In this document: in pieces, positions 1 to 10,895 of the stretch
Layout: every line of letters starts with the position of its first letter
How positions within the stretch are numbered: the stretch's first letter is position 1
Assembly: GCA_963727625.1 (NCBI GenBank)
Contig: CAVSHR010000004.1
Span: 640,001 to 704,000 of the forward strand
DNA length: 64,000 nt
Reading direction: 5' to 3'
Source: an uncultured delta proteobacterium
Lineage (GTDB): Bacteria > Desulfobacterota > Binatia > UBA9968
Position numbers and translations under genes: made by a program
Notes under the pieces: model-generated
What the model was told of the DNA's origin: nothing
The model's input: the letters and a program-made list of their open reading frames with translations, nothing else
Database searches by the model: none

Positions 1-57
1 CAACGCCAGACGCTTTTACGAAATCTAGGCGACCACCGCGTCGCCGGGAGGTTTGCA

Positions 58-1146
58 ATGGCCTTTCGATCGAAAGCGATCACAACCGACTTGCGAGATC
101 GGGTCCGCTACCCTAGACACGAAGCTATGGGTTTCGGCCACAGAGCGGTCACAACCCTGCTTTCATTTTTGCTTTGCCTTTTCGGCGCTCCAATCATGGT
201 TTCGGCGCAAAACCTAACGCCAATTCTGGTCGCCTATGCTGGCCAGAACGAAACCGTCGGGCCCATGTGGGTCGGCGTCGAAAGGGGCATGTTTAGAAAA
301 TACGGCCTCGACGTGCACATGGTCCAACTGCGCAACGGCTCGCTCAGCATGGCGACGCTGGCCACCGGCCAGGTGCAATACAACTACGGCTCGCCCTCCA
401 ATGCCCTGAGCGGCGCCGCCGGCGGCATGCGCCTCCAGTGCGTCGCTTCTGCAGTGCATAAAATTCCTCGCGAGTTGGTGGCGCGAAAAGAAATCCGCAC
501 CATCGAAGACTTGCGCGGCAAAAGCTTCGGCGTGCAGAGCATTGGCGGCGGATTTTGGCTGCAAACGATGATCGCGTTGAACGGTCTCGGCATCGATCCG
601 GAGAAATATAACCTAAAGATGCGCGTGCTGGGCGACACCGCGACTGTCACCCAAGCGCTCGGCACCGGCGGCGTCGACGCCACGGTGATTCCCTACAGCT
701 TCAGCGAAGCCGCCAAGCGCGCCGGCGCCAACGCGCTCGCCGATATCGGGAAAATCAACGTCCCCTACCAAGGCACGACGATTTGTTTTATCAAAGACAC
801 TCCGTCGGCGGCGCCCGATCAGATCAATCGCCTGCTCAAGGGGCTGGTCGATTCGGTGGTGTTGATCCACGATCCGCGGGCCAAAGCCGATGTCGTCGAA
901 ATTCTGCGCAAGGCCTTTCGTTTTCCGAGGGCCGAAGACGCCGAGGCCTCCTATAAAGTTCTCACGGCGATGGCGACCGTCGAGATCATGCCCGACCCCG
1001 CGGCCTGGAAGCTGGTCCAGCACATCGTCGCCAAGATCAATCCCAAAGTCGCCCGCGTGGACCTCAATCAGCTCATCAACCCGGCCTTCGTTCGCAGTTT
1101 GGAGGAAACTGGCTTCCTACCGGCGGCGCGAAAGAAGACGCGTTAG
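58..1146 (+). CDS. ABC transporter substrate-binding protein, NMT1/SsuA/TauA-like
   Basis: 362 aa ORF; GGGAGG RBS before ATG 58; hydrophobic signal-like segment ending SAQ; motifs 'G.F.KYGLDV', 'IRTIEDLRGKSFGV'; no permease adjacent in the window. A later start (127) is possible. Confidence 0.85.
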   Translation: MAFRSKAITTDLRDRVRYPRHEAMGFGHRAVTTLLSFLLCLFGAPIMVSAQNLTPILVAYAGQNETVGPMWVGVERGMFRKYGLDVHMVQLRNGSLSMATLATGQVQYNYGSPSNALSGAAGGMRLQCVASAVHKIPRELVARKEIRTIEDLRGKSFGVQSIGGGFWLQTMIALNGLGIDPEKYNLKMRVLGDTATVTQALGTGGVDATVIPYSFSEAAKRAGANALADIGKINVPYQGTTICFIKDTPSAAPDQINRLLKGLVDSVVLIHDPRAKADVVEILRKAFRFPRAEDAEASYKVLTAMATVEIMPDPAAWKLVQHIVAKINPKVARVDLNQLINPAFVRSLEETGFLPAARKKTR

Positions 1147-1465
1147 AGTCGATCCATTAGAAGGGCGTGGATGGAAATCGATTCAACTCCTTTGAGGTCT
1201 AAAATGCGCCGGGATCCCCGCCGGACCTGACGCCGGAATTGCCCGCGATTGACCGAACCTTCACGATCGGCGATCTGAAGAAGTCCAGCTTGGGGCGACG
1301 CGAAAAAAGAGTGAACCCGGCATGGTGCTTTTTAGTTATACGATCCCGCACTCGATGCTTTAAACGAAAAAATCCTGATCGTGAAAGGTGATCGTGCCCC
1401 TGTTTAACCGAGCTCTCGGCCACTGATTCTATTCGCGTAGCCCGATGGCCTCTCTGAACACGGCT

Positions 1466-1834
1466 CTAGATCGGCCAGCCATGCTGCGACAGGTCGATTG
1501 GATTGCCGTCGGGATCATGGACGCGAAACTCAGCTTCACGATTAGGCGGCCGCTTGTCAATTTCGGACGCTGCTTTGAGCTCGCTGCATGCGTCGCGCAG
1601 CGCCTCGATGTTCTCCACCTCGAAGCCAAAATGGTAAATCCCCGGCTTCAACTGCGGTCCGTCGATCTTGCGCTCGGGCTCAATGGGGATGATCGCCAGG
1701 TTTATATGCCCATCGGACAAGTAGGTGGCGGTACCGACGCCGTGCACGATCTTGAGACCGAAACAGGTGGTATAAAAATTAACCAATTTGTCGACGTCCT
1801 CCGTAAGTATGGCGAGATGGCGGATGCGGGCCAT
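1466..1834 (-). CDS. VOC/glyoxalase family protein
   Basis: MARIRHLAI...FYTTCFGL...GIYHFGFEV...DPDGNPIDL; GGAGG RBS before ATG 1834. Confidence 0.9.
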   Translation of the reverse strand: MARIRHLAILTEDVDKLVNFYTTCFGLKIVHGVGTATYLSDGHINLAIIPIEPERKIDGPQLKPGIYHFGFEVENIEALRDACSELKAASEIDKRPPNREAEFRVHDPDGNPIDLSQHGWPI

Positions 1835-2027
1835 AAAACCTCCCTTGATCGCGAATTGAATCATATCCTATGAAACAAGCGGCTTTCCTGACAAGCAAAA
1901 TATTTGGCATGCAACCGGGCAACTTGACGGATATCCTCGCTTTGCCCTATGTAATGGACAGAACTTGCGATGGAGTCACTCAAATCGGACTCCAGGCGAA
2001 TTGAAAGTTTCTCACAAGGAGGTTTTT

Positions 2028-2465
2028 ATGGGTTTGCTGAAGATCGAAGGGGTTACGCACTGGTCGATTCCGGTGAACAACTTGGACGAGGCTGAAAAAT
2101 TTTACGGCGATCTGCTCGGGCTTAAGCACCTCGGGCGTCTCGGCAATTCCGGCATGTCCTGTTTCAATGTCGGCGACAATAATATTTTGCTTTGCGAGCG
2201 CGCCCCGAGTGTCGATAAAAACCACGTCGAGGATCAGAACGTGCATCACTCCTTCACAGTGACCCCAGAAACCTTGGTGCAGGCGTGCAAAGTCTTTCAG
2301 GAGAAAAAAGTTTCCATCGATCGCCTTTATTACCGCGCCAAGGGTTATTTCACCGGCCGGGAGCTGTATTTCTTCGATCCCAGCGGTAACCGCCTCGAAC
2401 TGCGCGATCCAACATGGAAAGCCGGCATGCCTGAACCTACCTTCGAAGAGCTCGCGCAATCCTGA
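2028..2465 (+). CDS. VOC/glyoxalase family protein
   Basis: THWSIPVNNLDEAEKFYGDLLGL...HHSF...YFFDPSGNRLEL; AAGGAGG RBS; divergent from the previous VOC gene. Confidence 0.9.
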   Translation: MGLLKIEGVTHWSIPVNNLDEAEKFYGDLLGLKHLGRLGNSGMSCFNVGDNNILLCERAPSVDKNHVEDQNVHHSFTVTPETLVQACKVFQEKKVSIDRLYYRAKGYFTGRELYFFDPSGNRLELRDPTWKAGMPEPTFEELAQS

Positions 2466-2626
2466 AGGGTCGCGCTCCGGCAACAGAAGTTCCATAAAGG
2501 CTGCCCAAGGGCGACGCATGGAAAGCATCGCCCGCTGCCGCCAAAAAGCGTTTGGCATTCACGTGCGGGGCCGGAACTACGCCGTCAAAGGTCATTGTTT
2601 AACTGCGTCTCTAGAAAGCTGGCAAC

Positions 2627-3898
2627 TTGGAAGAAGATCTCTCGCCGCCGCTCGATGCATCGCTTGAAAAACCCCACCGGCGCGTAAGACTAAAAACCTT
2701 CGCATCCCTGCGTCATCTCGATTACCGCTATCTTTGGAGCGGCACTTTGATGATGAGCGCTGGCCAGTGGGTGCAGCAGGTTACCCTGGGCTGGCTGCTT
2801 TACGATCTCACCGGTAATTCCATGCTGCTCGGCGCTCTAAACGGCCTGCGCGCCGTGCCGTTCCTCGTCACCGGCCCCATGGCGGGCGTGGCCGCCGACC
2901 GCATGGACCGGCGCAAACTCTTGCTCTGCACCCAGTGGGTGCTGATCATCACCGCCGTTATCATGGGCACGCTGGTCGCTTCGCCATTTTTCCATGTCTC
3001 GCATATTTTTATTTTTACTCTGATCACTGGCGTAGCCTGGTCCTTTACCGAACCGGTACGCCAAAGCATGATCCCGAGCGTGGTCCCCAAGGCGGATTTA
3101 GTCAACGCCATCGCGCTCAACTCGGGCGGCTTTAACCTGATGAAAATCATTGGACCGGCGGTAGGCGGAGCGTTGATCGCTCTGTTCGGCGCTTCGGGAA
3201 ATTTTTTCGTCCAGAGCGCCGCCTACGTCGGCGTGTTGATCATGATTTATCTGATGCATATTCCGCCGACGCCGCCCGAGGCGCGCCGTTCTTCAGCCAT
3301 GGCCAACTTGAAAGAAGGCTTCGCTTACGTTTGGTCGACGCCCGCCGTGCTTGCGTTGATGACCTTGGCCTACGTACCCCGGGTTTTTGCCGTGCCTTAT
3401 CAAACCTTGATGCCGGTATTTCAAAAAGATGTCCTGCAAGTCGGACCGGAAGGCCTCGGTATGCTGATGGCAGCGCCGGGAGTCGGCGCGGTGATTGCGG
3501 TGCTGACCCTCGCTAGCCTTGCGAATCGGCTCAAGCGCCAGGGGCTATTTCTTGTCGCCAGCATCATCGTTTTAGGGCTTTTTCTTATTCTCTTTTCGAC
3601 CATGCGCTCGTTTCCGCTCGCCCTTGCCACCCTGGTGATCGCCGGCGCGTTTCAGATGTTTTTCCTCGCCAGCACCAACACCATCCTTCAGCTCATCGTT
3701 CCCGATGAGCTGCGCGGCCGGGTGATGAGCTTATATATGCTCGATCGCGGCTTCATGCCGGTGGGCGCGCTTTTTGCCGGCGTCACCGCCCACTTCATCG
3801 GCGCGCCCTACACGGTGGCAACCATGGGAAGGATCGTGATCGTGTTGGCGTTGGTCGTAACTTGGCGGGTGCCGGCCATCCGCCGTCTGGAAACGTGA
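2627..3898 (+). CDS. MFS transporter (DHA3/EntS-like)
   Basis: 423 aa, many hydrophobic segments; 'GVAADRMDRRKLL' motif A; 'VPDELRGRVMSLY'; TTG start uncertain. Confidence 0.9.
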   Translation: MEEDLSPPLDASLEKPHRRVRLKTFASLRHLDYRYLWSGTLMMSAGQWVQQVTLGWLLYDLTGNSMLLGALNGLRAVPFLVTGPMAGVAADRMDRRKLLLCTQWVLIITAVIMGTLVASPFFHVSHIFIFTLITGVAWSFTEPVRQSMIPSVVPKADLVNAIALNSGGFNLMKIIGPAVGGALIALFGASGNFFVQSAAYVGVLIMIYLMHIPPTPPEARRSSAMANLKEGFAYVWSTPAVLALMTLAYVPRVFAVPYQTLMPVFQKDVLQVGPEGLGMLMAAPGVGAVIAVLTLASLANRLKRQGLFLVASIIVLGLFLILFSTMRSFPLALATLVIAGAFQMFFLASTNTILQLIVPDELRGRVMSLYMLDRGFMPVGALFAGVTAHFIGAPYTVATMGRIVIVLALVVTWRVPAIRRLET

Positions 3899-4150
3899 TC
3901 GACCGCGCGACCTTTTCTAAATCATTCCAGCCGCCCTTTCGATTTTGCATTTAACAATTCCATTTCATTCTCCCTGCTGCGCTCTCTGCTTCGTCGGTAT
4001 CTGTTTCTGTTTCGCGTTGAATCCGCGCGAATGAAAATAATTTTACGCCAGCGAACGGACGCTCCTAGACATTTATCTCGCCGTGGAGTATGCAGAGTGG
4101 CGTTTATTTCCGCGCATGGTTTTGGACATACGACTTTTGGAGGATAACTT

Positions 4151-4960
4151 ATGCTCGATAGGAAACCTACCCGTTTTGTCTTAATCGCTCTCTGGCTCTC
4201 TTTCCTCGGTTCAATCGCGCATGCACAGCCGGCGAAGGATTTCCAGCCTACCGTGGGCCAGGAAGGTAAGGACGTCATCTGGGTGCCAACGCCCCAGGCG
4301 CTGGTCGACAAGATGCTCGACATGGCCAAGGTCACGGCCAAAGATTACGTTATCGATCTCGGCTCCGGCGACGGCCGCACCGTCATCACCGCGGCGAAGC
4401 GGGGCGCCAAAGCGCTCGGCATCGAATACAACCCCGACATGGTGGAGCTAGCCAAACGTAATGCCGCGAAAGAAGGGGTCAGCGATCGCGCAAGCTTCGT
4501 CAAGGCCGACCTGTTCGAAAGCGATTTTTCCCAAGCCCAGGTCATCACGATGTTTCTGCTATCGAGCATCAACCTCAAGCTGCGCCCTAAAATCCTGGAC
4601 CTAAAGCCCGGCACACGGATCGTATCCAACACCTTCGACATGGGCGACTGGAAGCCTGACGAAAACGCCACTCTACCCGGTTGCAACTCCTGGTGCACGG
4701 CCCACCTTTGGATCGTGCCGGCGAAATCCAATGGGACTTGGCATATGGCACAGGGCGAACTGACCATCAAACAGATTTTTCAAATGATCAGCGGCACATT
4801 GAAGCGTGGCAACAGGGTCTCGCCGATCAGCGGCAAGCTCAACGGCGATCAGATAAGCTTCACTGCCGGCGGCACTCAATATACCGGCCGGGTTAACGGC
4901 AATACCATCGAAGACAGCGCCGGCGGCGTCAAGTGGAGGGCGACGCGCGCGGGCAAGTGA
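4151..4960 (+). CDS. Class I SAM-dependent methyltransferase with N-terminal signal peptide (copy 1)
   Basis: 'DVIWVPTP', 'VIDLGSGDGR' motif I, 'LKPGTRIVSNTFDMGDW'; AHA|Q cleavage-like site; GGAGG RBS. Confidence 0.9.
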   Translation: MLDRKPTRFVLIALWLSFLGSIAHAQPAKDFQPTVGQEGKDVIWVPTPQALVDKMLDMAKVTAKDYVIDLGSGDGRTVITAAKRGAKALGIEYNPDMVELAKRNAAKEGVSDRASFVKADLFESDFSQAQVITMFLLSSINLKLRPKILDLKPGTRIVSNTFDMGDWKPDENATLPGCNSWCTAHLWIVPAKSNGTWHMAQGELTIKQIFQMISGTLKRGNRVSPISGKLNGDQISFTAGGTQYTGRVNGNTIEDSAGGVKWRATRAGK

Positions 4961-5114
4961 TTTGTCGACCGATAGAATAGTTTGGCAATCGGCTCGGGAA
5001 GGTAAAACCTGATCTGTTGATTGAGAACAGTTAAATTCAAACTTTTCAGCGCCCTCCCGTCGCACTAATCCAACTGTTATAACGATTGTGGAATTCTTAA
5101 ATTGGAGGATTTTT

Positions 5115-5930
5115 ATGATTTCCGCCTATTTCTCCCGCAGATTTTATCTGGCGCTGGCGTTAGGCTTGGGGTTGGCCCCAGGCATGGCCCACGCGCAATC
5201 GACAAAGGGGTTTCAACCGGAAGTAGGCCAAGCCGGCAAAGACGTCGTCTGGGTGCCAACGCCCCAGGCGCTGGTCGACAAGATGCTCGACATGGCCAAG
5301 GTCACGCCCAAAGATTACGTTATCGATCTCGGCTCCGGCGACGGCCGCACCGTCATCACCGCGGCGAAACGAGGCTCCAAAGCCCTCGGCATCGAGTATA
5401 ACCCCGACATGGTGGAGTTATCCAAGCGCAACGCGGCCAAAGCAGGGGTTAGCGACAAGGCGAGTTTTATGAAGGCGGACCTCTTCGAGAGCGATTTTTC
5501 CCAGGCTCAGGTCATCACGATGTTTTTGTTGCCAACTATCAACATCAAGCTACGCCCTAAGATTCTCAATTTAAAACCGGGCACCCGGATCGTCTCCAAC
5601 AGCTTTGACATGGAGGATTGGAAGCCCGACGAAACCGCCACCGTGGAGGGTTGTTCGAACTGGTGCACCGCCTACCTGTGGATCGTCCCGGCAAAGGTGG
5701 CCGGCGCCTGGAAGCTGCCCCAGGGAGAGCTAACGATCAAACAAACTTTTCAAATGATCAGCGGCACGCTGAAACATGGCAAAGTGGTCTCGCCGATCTA
5801 CGGCAAACTCAACGGCGACCAGATCACCTTCACCGCCGCCGGCACCCAATACACCGGCCGCGTCAACGGCAGTTCCATGGAAGGCAACGCTGGCGCAGCC
5901 AAATGGAGCGCGACGCGATCAGAAAAGTAG
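5115..5930 (+). CDS. Class I SAM-dependent methyltransferase with N-terminal signal peptide (copy 2, tandem paralog)
   Basis: Same motifs as copy 1; AHA|Q site; GGAGG RBS before ATG 5115. Confidence 0.9.
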   Translation: MISAYFSRRFYLALALGLGLAPGMAHAQSTKGFQPEVGQAGKDVVWVPTPQALVDKMLDMAKVTPKDYVIDLGSGDGRTVITAAKRGSKALGIEYNPDMVELSKRNAAKAGVSDKASFMKADLFESDFSQAQVITMFLLPTINIKLRPKILNLKPGTRIVSNSFDMEDWKPDETATVEGCSNWCTAYLWIVPAKVAGAWKLPQGELTIKQTFQMISGTLKHGKVVSPIYGKLNGDQITFTAAGTQYTGRVNGSSMEGNAGAAKWSATRSEK

Positions 5931-6011
5931 TCGGCGCGAGGCCCAAGTCGAACGCTTCGTTCAGATAAGCCGCGAACGATTGCGCGAACCTGATTTTTCG
6001 GCAAGTGACCG

Positions 6012-6036
6012 AGGGGCGGGCTTTAAACCCGCCCCT
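6012..6036. repeat. REP-like GC hairpin / possible terminator between convergent genes
   Basis: AGGGGCGGG-ctttaaa-CCCGCCCCT, perfect 9 bp stem. Confidence 0.6.
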
Positions 6037-6150
6037 TGCTGATCTCCGGACCAAAGGTGAGCCAAAAAAGACGCTGCAAAAGTGTCGGTTGGGCCGAAGC
6101 GAGAATGCCGTTCTTCGGATCTCGCTTCGAGTCGGAACCGATAGAACTCG

Positions 6151-6543
6151 TTAACTCTTCTTTGCTCCCGGCCCGGCGTATATTTCCAATTTGTTGCCGT
6201 CCGGATCGAGAAAATAAGCCTGCGGTCCCCAGAACACTCCCTGATTACGATCTTCGATATTAAAAACTTCGACGCCGTTTTTGCGCAGGTCATCGATCGA
6301 CGTCTGAAATTCTTCCAACTTTACCTTGAAGGCGTGATGCACCGGCGTGCTCTTCGACGAGTCGTATTTTAACGGCTCACTTCCTTTCGCCAAAATCAGA
6401 TAATCGTCGCCGGTCTGCAAAAATACCATCCGCGGCGACTGCTCGACGACTTTCATTCCGAGCAACCCCTCATAAAACTTCCGGCTCCGATCCAGGTCCG
6501 TCACCGGCAAACTGAAATGAAGCACGCCATGAGTCTTTAACAT
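6151..6543 (-). CDS. VOC/glyoxalase family protein
   Basis: LHFSLPVTDLDRSRKFYEGLLGM...HHAF...YFLDPDGNKLEI; AGGAGG RBS. Confidence 0.9.
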   Translation of the reverse strand: MLKTHGVLHFSLPVTDLDRSRKFYEGLLGMKVVEQSPRMVFLQTGDDYLILAKGSEPLKYDSSKSTPVHHAFKVKLEEFQTSIDDLRKNGVEVFNIEDRNQGVFWGPQAYFLDPDGNKLEIYAGPGAKKS

Positions 6544-6862
6544 TGTTAACCTCCTGTGCCGCGCAACAACGGCAATGAATATGAATTGAATTGCCAAGCA
6601 GGCTACGCCACTTTAGGGTACGGGCGCAAGCGCAAGACAGGCCACAAGAACGCGTTGTCGATTGAACAAACCCGTCAACCACTGCCCTCCTTCCACGGCC
6701 GATCCCCGCTTGATCCGCGGCGAGAAAGAATCGCGATCAAAACTCAAAAAAAAAAGCCCGACTCATGACAATTCGGGTTTCCTATGACTTGGCTAATCGT
6801 TAAGTCGCCGCGTTAATCGCACAGTCCGCCCAAACTGTCACCTCGTCTTGATTGACTCGTCG

Positions 6863-9059
6863 CTAACCGACAGCATGTGTCCGGATGCCGGCCAGTGTCT
6901 CGATGCCGTCGCCATCGACAGCATTGATCGGAAGGTTGACCGTAAAAGTAGATCCCTTGCCGATGCTGCTCTTGACTTCGATCGTACCCATGAGGAGCTC
7001 GACAAATTTTTGCACGATATAGAGGCCGACACCGGCGCCGCCGTAACTCCGCGTGCCGGAACTGTCGAGCTGGCGGAATATCTGAAAGATCACCGCGAGG
7101 TTATCTTCGTCGATGCCGATCCCCGTGTCCTTGACTTCGATCTGAAAGTTTTCAGACGTATGGCGGACTGAGGGACAAACCACCCCCCCCTCTTCCGTAA
7201 ATTTAACCGCATTGTTGATCAGGTTCTGGATAATAATGCTTGAGCTTTTCCCGGTCCGTCCTCACCACCGGGAGAGTGCTGGGAATATTCCAATCCAATG
7301 GAATAGTTTTTTTCGAAAGCGCTTCGTAGGTCAACTTAAGATCTGCGATCACATTTGACAAATCGACTCCTCAACCTTAACCGTAACCTTACCCGCCTCC
7401 AAGCTGCCGACCTGAAGCACTTCATTGATCATCCTAAGCAGCTCCTTGGCCTGCAGGTTGATTGTCTTCAAGGCATGAGCTTGCTCTTGTTTGACTTCCC
7501 CCAATACACCCCCGCCAAGAATTCCCGTATACCCATTGATCACGTTTAGCGGCGTTCTGAGCTCGTGCGACATGACGCTGAGAAATTCGTCTTTTGCTTT
7601 ATTGGCTTTTTCCAGCTCCGCCGCCTGATTCTTGATCTTTTCGAAGAGCTCGGAATTATAAATTCCGACCCCGACTGGGCCGGCAAGGGTGGTAAGAAAA
7701 TCCGCCTCTTCTCTAGCGAAATGACGGCGCTCCCGGGAATAAATTCCAACACGCCCAATACCGAGCCTTCGGTAAGGATCGGCACGACAAGGCAGGAGAT
7801 TAAACCGTGCCGGCGAAACAGCTCCCGATTTGAAGTTCGGGAATCGGTCTGAACATTTTCGATTTCCAACGGCGCACGGCTTTGCAGCACGGCCTGGCTC
7901 GGTTACTCCCCGGTCCAACCGGTCCTTGCCTTGCAGCCCTTTCCGCCAAGCATCTTCATCAATGTTGCGCGCCGAGATCGGCACTAAACGATCGGACGCT
8001 CTGTCAACCAGACGTACGGTGATCGCAGCGTAATGCAACAAAGACTCGATCTTATCGAACAGCGCATCGAGCAAGATCTTTCTGTCGAGTGTCGAGCTGA
8101 TCGCTGAGTTGATTTCGTGGAGGAGTTGGATACGCTGGTATTGCTCCAAAACCTTGCGTTCCGCACGTTGGCGCTCGGCGACCTCGTTCTTAAGATTATC
8201 ATTCGTACGCCGAAGCTCGGCGTTGAAAGTAAGCAGTGCCTTTGAATGGTCGAGGTCTTTATCGCGCAGGCTTTTTGAGCTCACCACCATTTGGTTGAAA
8301 GAGGATGCGAGCCGGCCGATTTCATCGCTTCGCTGATCCTGAATCGCCACGTTGTAATCGCCTTGACCGACGCGCGAGGTCAGTTCCGAAAGTAAGATGA
8401 TTGGCCTGCTCCAATTGCGTGCCACCAGCACCGCAATAATCAGCCCGCCGACGGAGAATCCGACAGCGAGGAGAATAATCGTGCGCAACTGGCTGGTCGC
8501 TACCGCACGGTAGTGTCGGCCAGATCTCCTGCCCCTGTTTGGCGATGTCGGCGAAGATCTTTTTAGTAGAAAAACCGACCTTCACTCCGCCGAGCGTCTC
8601 ATTCTGAATTCGGATCGGTGCGGCAATATGGAAGGTGTCGCCCTCGACCTTGGTCACCACACGACGCGACCGCATGCTTTCTACGGTCAGAGGATCGCCG
8701 AGAATTTTATTGTAAGTTTCCAGGTTCCGCGTGCCATCGTGGATAATCCTGCGTTTGTTGTCGTAAACGTAAATGTAAAGGACGTCGGTGGCTTCCCCCA
8801 CCGCCGATACCAATTCTGCGATCTTGAGCATATCGAGCTGGTAAAGCGGATCGGTCAGAGCTGAAGCCATCACCCTGAGTGATAAGGCTTCTTTTTCTTG
8901 CATTTCCTTGAGAACGCTTTGACGCAGCGTCTCCGCGCTCCTTGCGTTCAGCCGCGAAATCTCTGACCTGAACTGGACCAAGATGACCGAGGCAAAGGCC
9001 AAAACGATGAAAAACACCAGCAACAGAATTGTCGCCGCGTATTTTGCGGTGAGTTTCAC
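6863..9059 (-). pseudogene. Membrane sensor histidine kinase (TM-periplasmic-TM-HAMP-GAF-HisKA-HATPase), split by several frameshifts
   Basis: ORF pieces 8322-9059 (TM + periplasmic), 7349-8488 (HAMP 'DEIGRLASSFNQM', GAF, H-box 'FLSVMSHELRTPLN'), 7546-7890 (GAF part in another frame), N-box 'QNLINNAVKFT' near 7200-7235, 6863-7183 (DTGIGI, G2-like 'GGAGVGLYI', GKGSTF). Real decay versus sequencing indels cannot be distinguished. Confidence 0.85.
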
Positions 9060-9129
9060 TTATCGATTTCCACTTTGAATCGCGCGACATGTAACGGGCC
9101 GCCTGCGCACCCGCTCGAGCTTTGCCGAC

Positions 9130-10046
9130 TTACTCCATTTGCCCCATGTACTTTCAAGGAGATCGCTTCAAGCAGTTCTTCCTTGGCCTTACCTTTGAAC
9201 TCGTCGAACTTGGCCGTTTTGGGACCATAAGCTTCAAGAGCCTCGCTCGCCGGGATCTTCATGGGCGTGAAGCAATACATCCATGATCATCGATTTTATC
9301 TTCGGATCGAGATCCTTGCGCAACATTTCGATCATCCTCGGCATCGGCTTGCCTTGATAGATGATTTTTAAATCCTTCTTCATACCCTCCGGATTATCCG
9401 ACGGCTTGCTCCAGTTCTGATTATGATATGCGCCGGCGTCGGCGAGATTACGATGCACCCAGGTGGTGATGGTCAGGAGCTCCTTGCCGGCGAAGACATA
9501 CCCGATCTTTCCCGCCGGCACCTTATCTCTGGGCGACGAGAGTTCCACCAGCTTGAAACCTGCCTTTCTCAAGATTGCGGATGGAACAAAAAACGCCGAG
9601 GTGGAGCCGCGATCCTGGAAGGCGATCTTTTTCCCCACCAGGTCTTTCAACGACCTCATGCCGCTGTCTTTTCTGACAAAGATCACCGAATAGTAAGTGG
9701 GCACTCCCTCGCGCCAACTTCTTAGCGCGATATCTACCCCGGCTTCGCGAGAATAGACCAGCGCTTCGAATACGCCTTTTTGAACCCAGTCGACCTTGCC
9801 CTGCTTTAAATAGCGGACCATTTCATCTTGATCCTTGGCGATCAGAATGGAACCGTCGGAGATTCCAACATCGTGCAATTTACTGACGACGTAATTGAGA
9901 ATCGGTTTGAGCTGACGGTGGGTTTTTTCCGGCTCATTGGAAACTCTGCCGATCGTCAGGGTGCCGGCAAAAGCGCCGGCGAGAAGTGCCACAAATGCCA
10001 CCAAAGTCAACGCCAAAAAGCTGACGAGTTTGCGAACCTTTAACAT
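9130..10046 (-). CDS. Phosphate/phosphite/phosphonate (PhnD-like) substrate-binding protein; C-terminus frameshifted
   Basis: Signal peptide MLKVRKLV...AFA; 'YYSVIFVRKDSGMRSLKDLVGKKIAFQDRGSTSAFFVP'; C-terminal part continues in another frame ('EALEAYGPKTAKFDEF'); 3' end approximate. Confidence 0.8.
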
Positions 10047-10172
10047 AGTCTTCCTCCATTTTTTGCTACCGGCGATGCCCAACCCATCAGCGAAGAGTTT
10101 CACGCTTTACTGGGCTAACCAATTTAGCAATGAACCGGCGATTCAGCTCCGGGTTGTTGCTAGAAACAGGGG

Positions 10173-10187
10173 GCAATCCTTGTGCCA
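10173..10187 (-). promoter_or_regulatory. Sigma-54 -24/-12 promoter
   Basis: Minus strand reads TGGCAC-AAGGA-TTGC (consensus TGGCAC-N5-TTGC), about 125 nt upstream of the PhnD-like start. Confidence 0.65.
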
Positions 10188-10537
10188 CCGATAAAATACT
10201 CGCGAACGCAGCGGCTGGGCTGATTACCAGGGGTGCTTTCCGGTAAGTATGAAGGGAGTCCTAGAAATTTTTTGGAATTTTGAGTACTTTCATGACTCTT
10301 GCAGGACGCTCCCACGCGATAGTTCATCGCATGGGATGAACGCCATTTCCGGAAGTATAAAACGAAGCCAATGTTATAATTTTGTCAATTGCGAACAAAA
10401 CCGGTATGCTTGTCACACCGTTGGCGCAGCCTAGACAAGCCATTACGGCGCCAAAACACGGTGGCGCATAGGCGCAATAAGACCTCCCACTTACCTGGCG
10501 CGAGGCGATCGCGATCCTGGATCATGCACGACAATGC

Positions 10538-10830
10538 TCATTGGGAGATCATCTTCTGGGATTCCTCACCCGCCCCCTGCTCACTCACTCCGGTTATCGA
10601 CCGCAACAACCCATTAACCATGGACAGCTGCCAATAGGCGTGTTTTATAACTTGCGTCAAAGCCTTTCGCTGCGCCGGGGTGATTTCACCAAGCATGCCA
10701 TCGAGCAGCATTTTCAAATAGGCGATCACCAAATTGAGCGGCGTCCGCATGTCCAGCGATAGCTGATCGATGAAACCGGTGGCACCATCTATTTTCGTTT
10801 CGTCGGCAACACGGCGGCTGAGAAGATTTC
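10538..10830 (-). CDS. HisKA/DHp-like domain lacking the phospho-His; probably the C-terminus of the upstream glycerate kinase
   Basis: Reads FIDQLSLDMRTPLNLVIAYLKMLLDGMLGEITPAQRKAL, which aligns by eye to the neighbouring kinase FLSVMSHELRTPLNVINGYTGILGGGVLGEVKQEQAHAL. Confidence 0.6.
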
Positions 10831-10895
10831 GTCCAGCTCGGTATCGTCATTTGCCATCGTATCGGCAAACTTCTGACCGACCATGATGGTGCGCA

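Noticed and set aside
1147-1465. Possible gene remnant or small ORF between the SBP and VOC genes
   Set aside because: No frame gives a convincing family motif or RBS; cannot be supported by eye.
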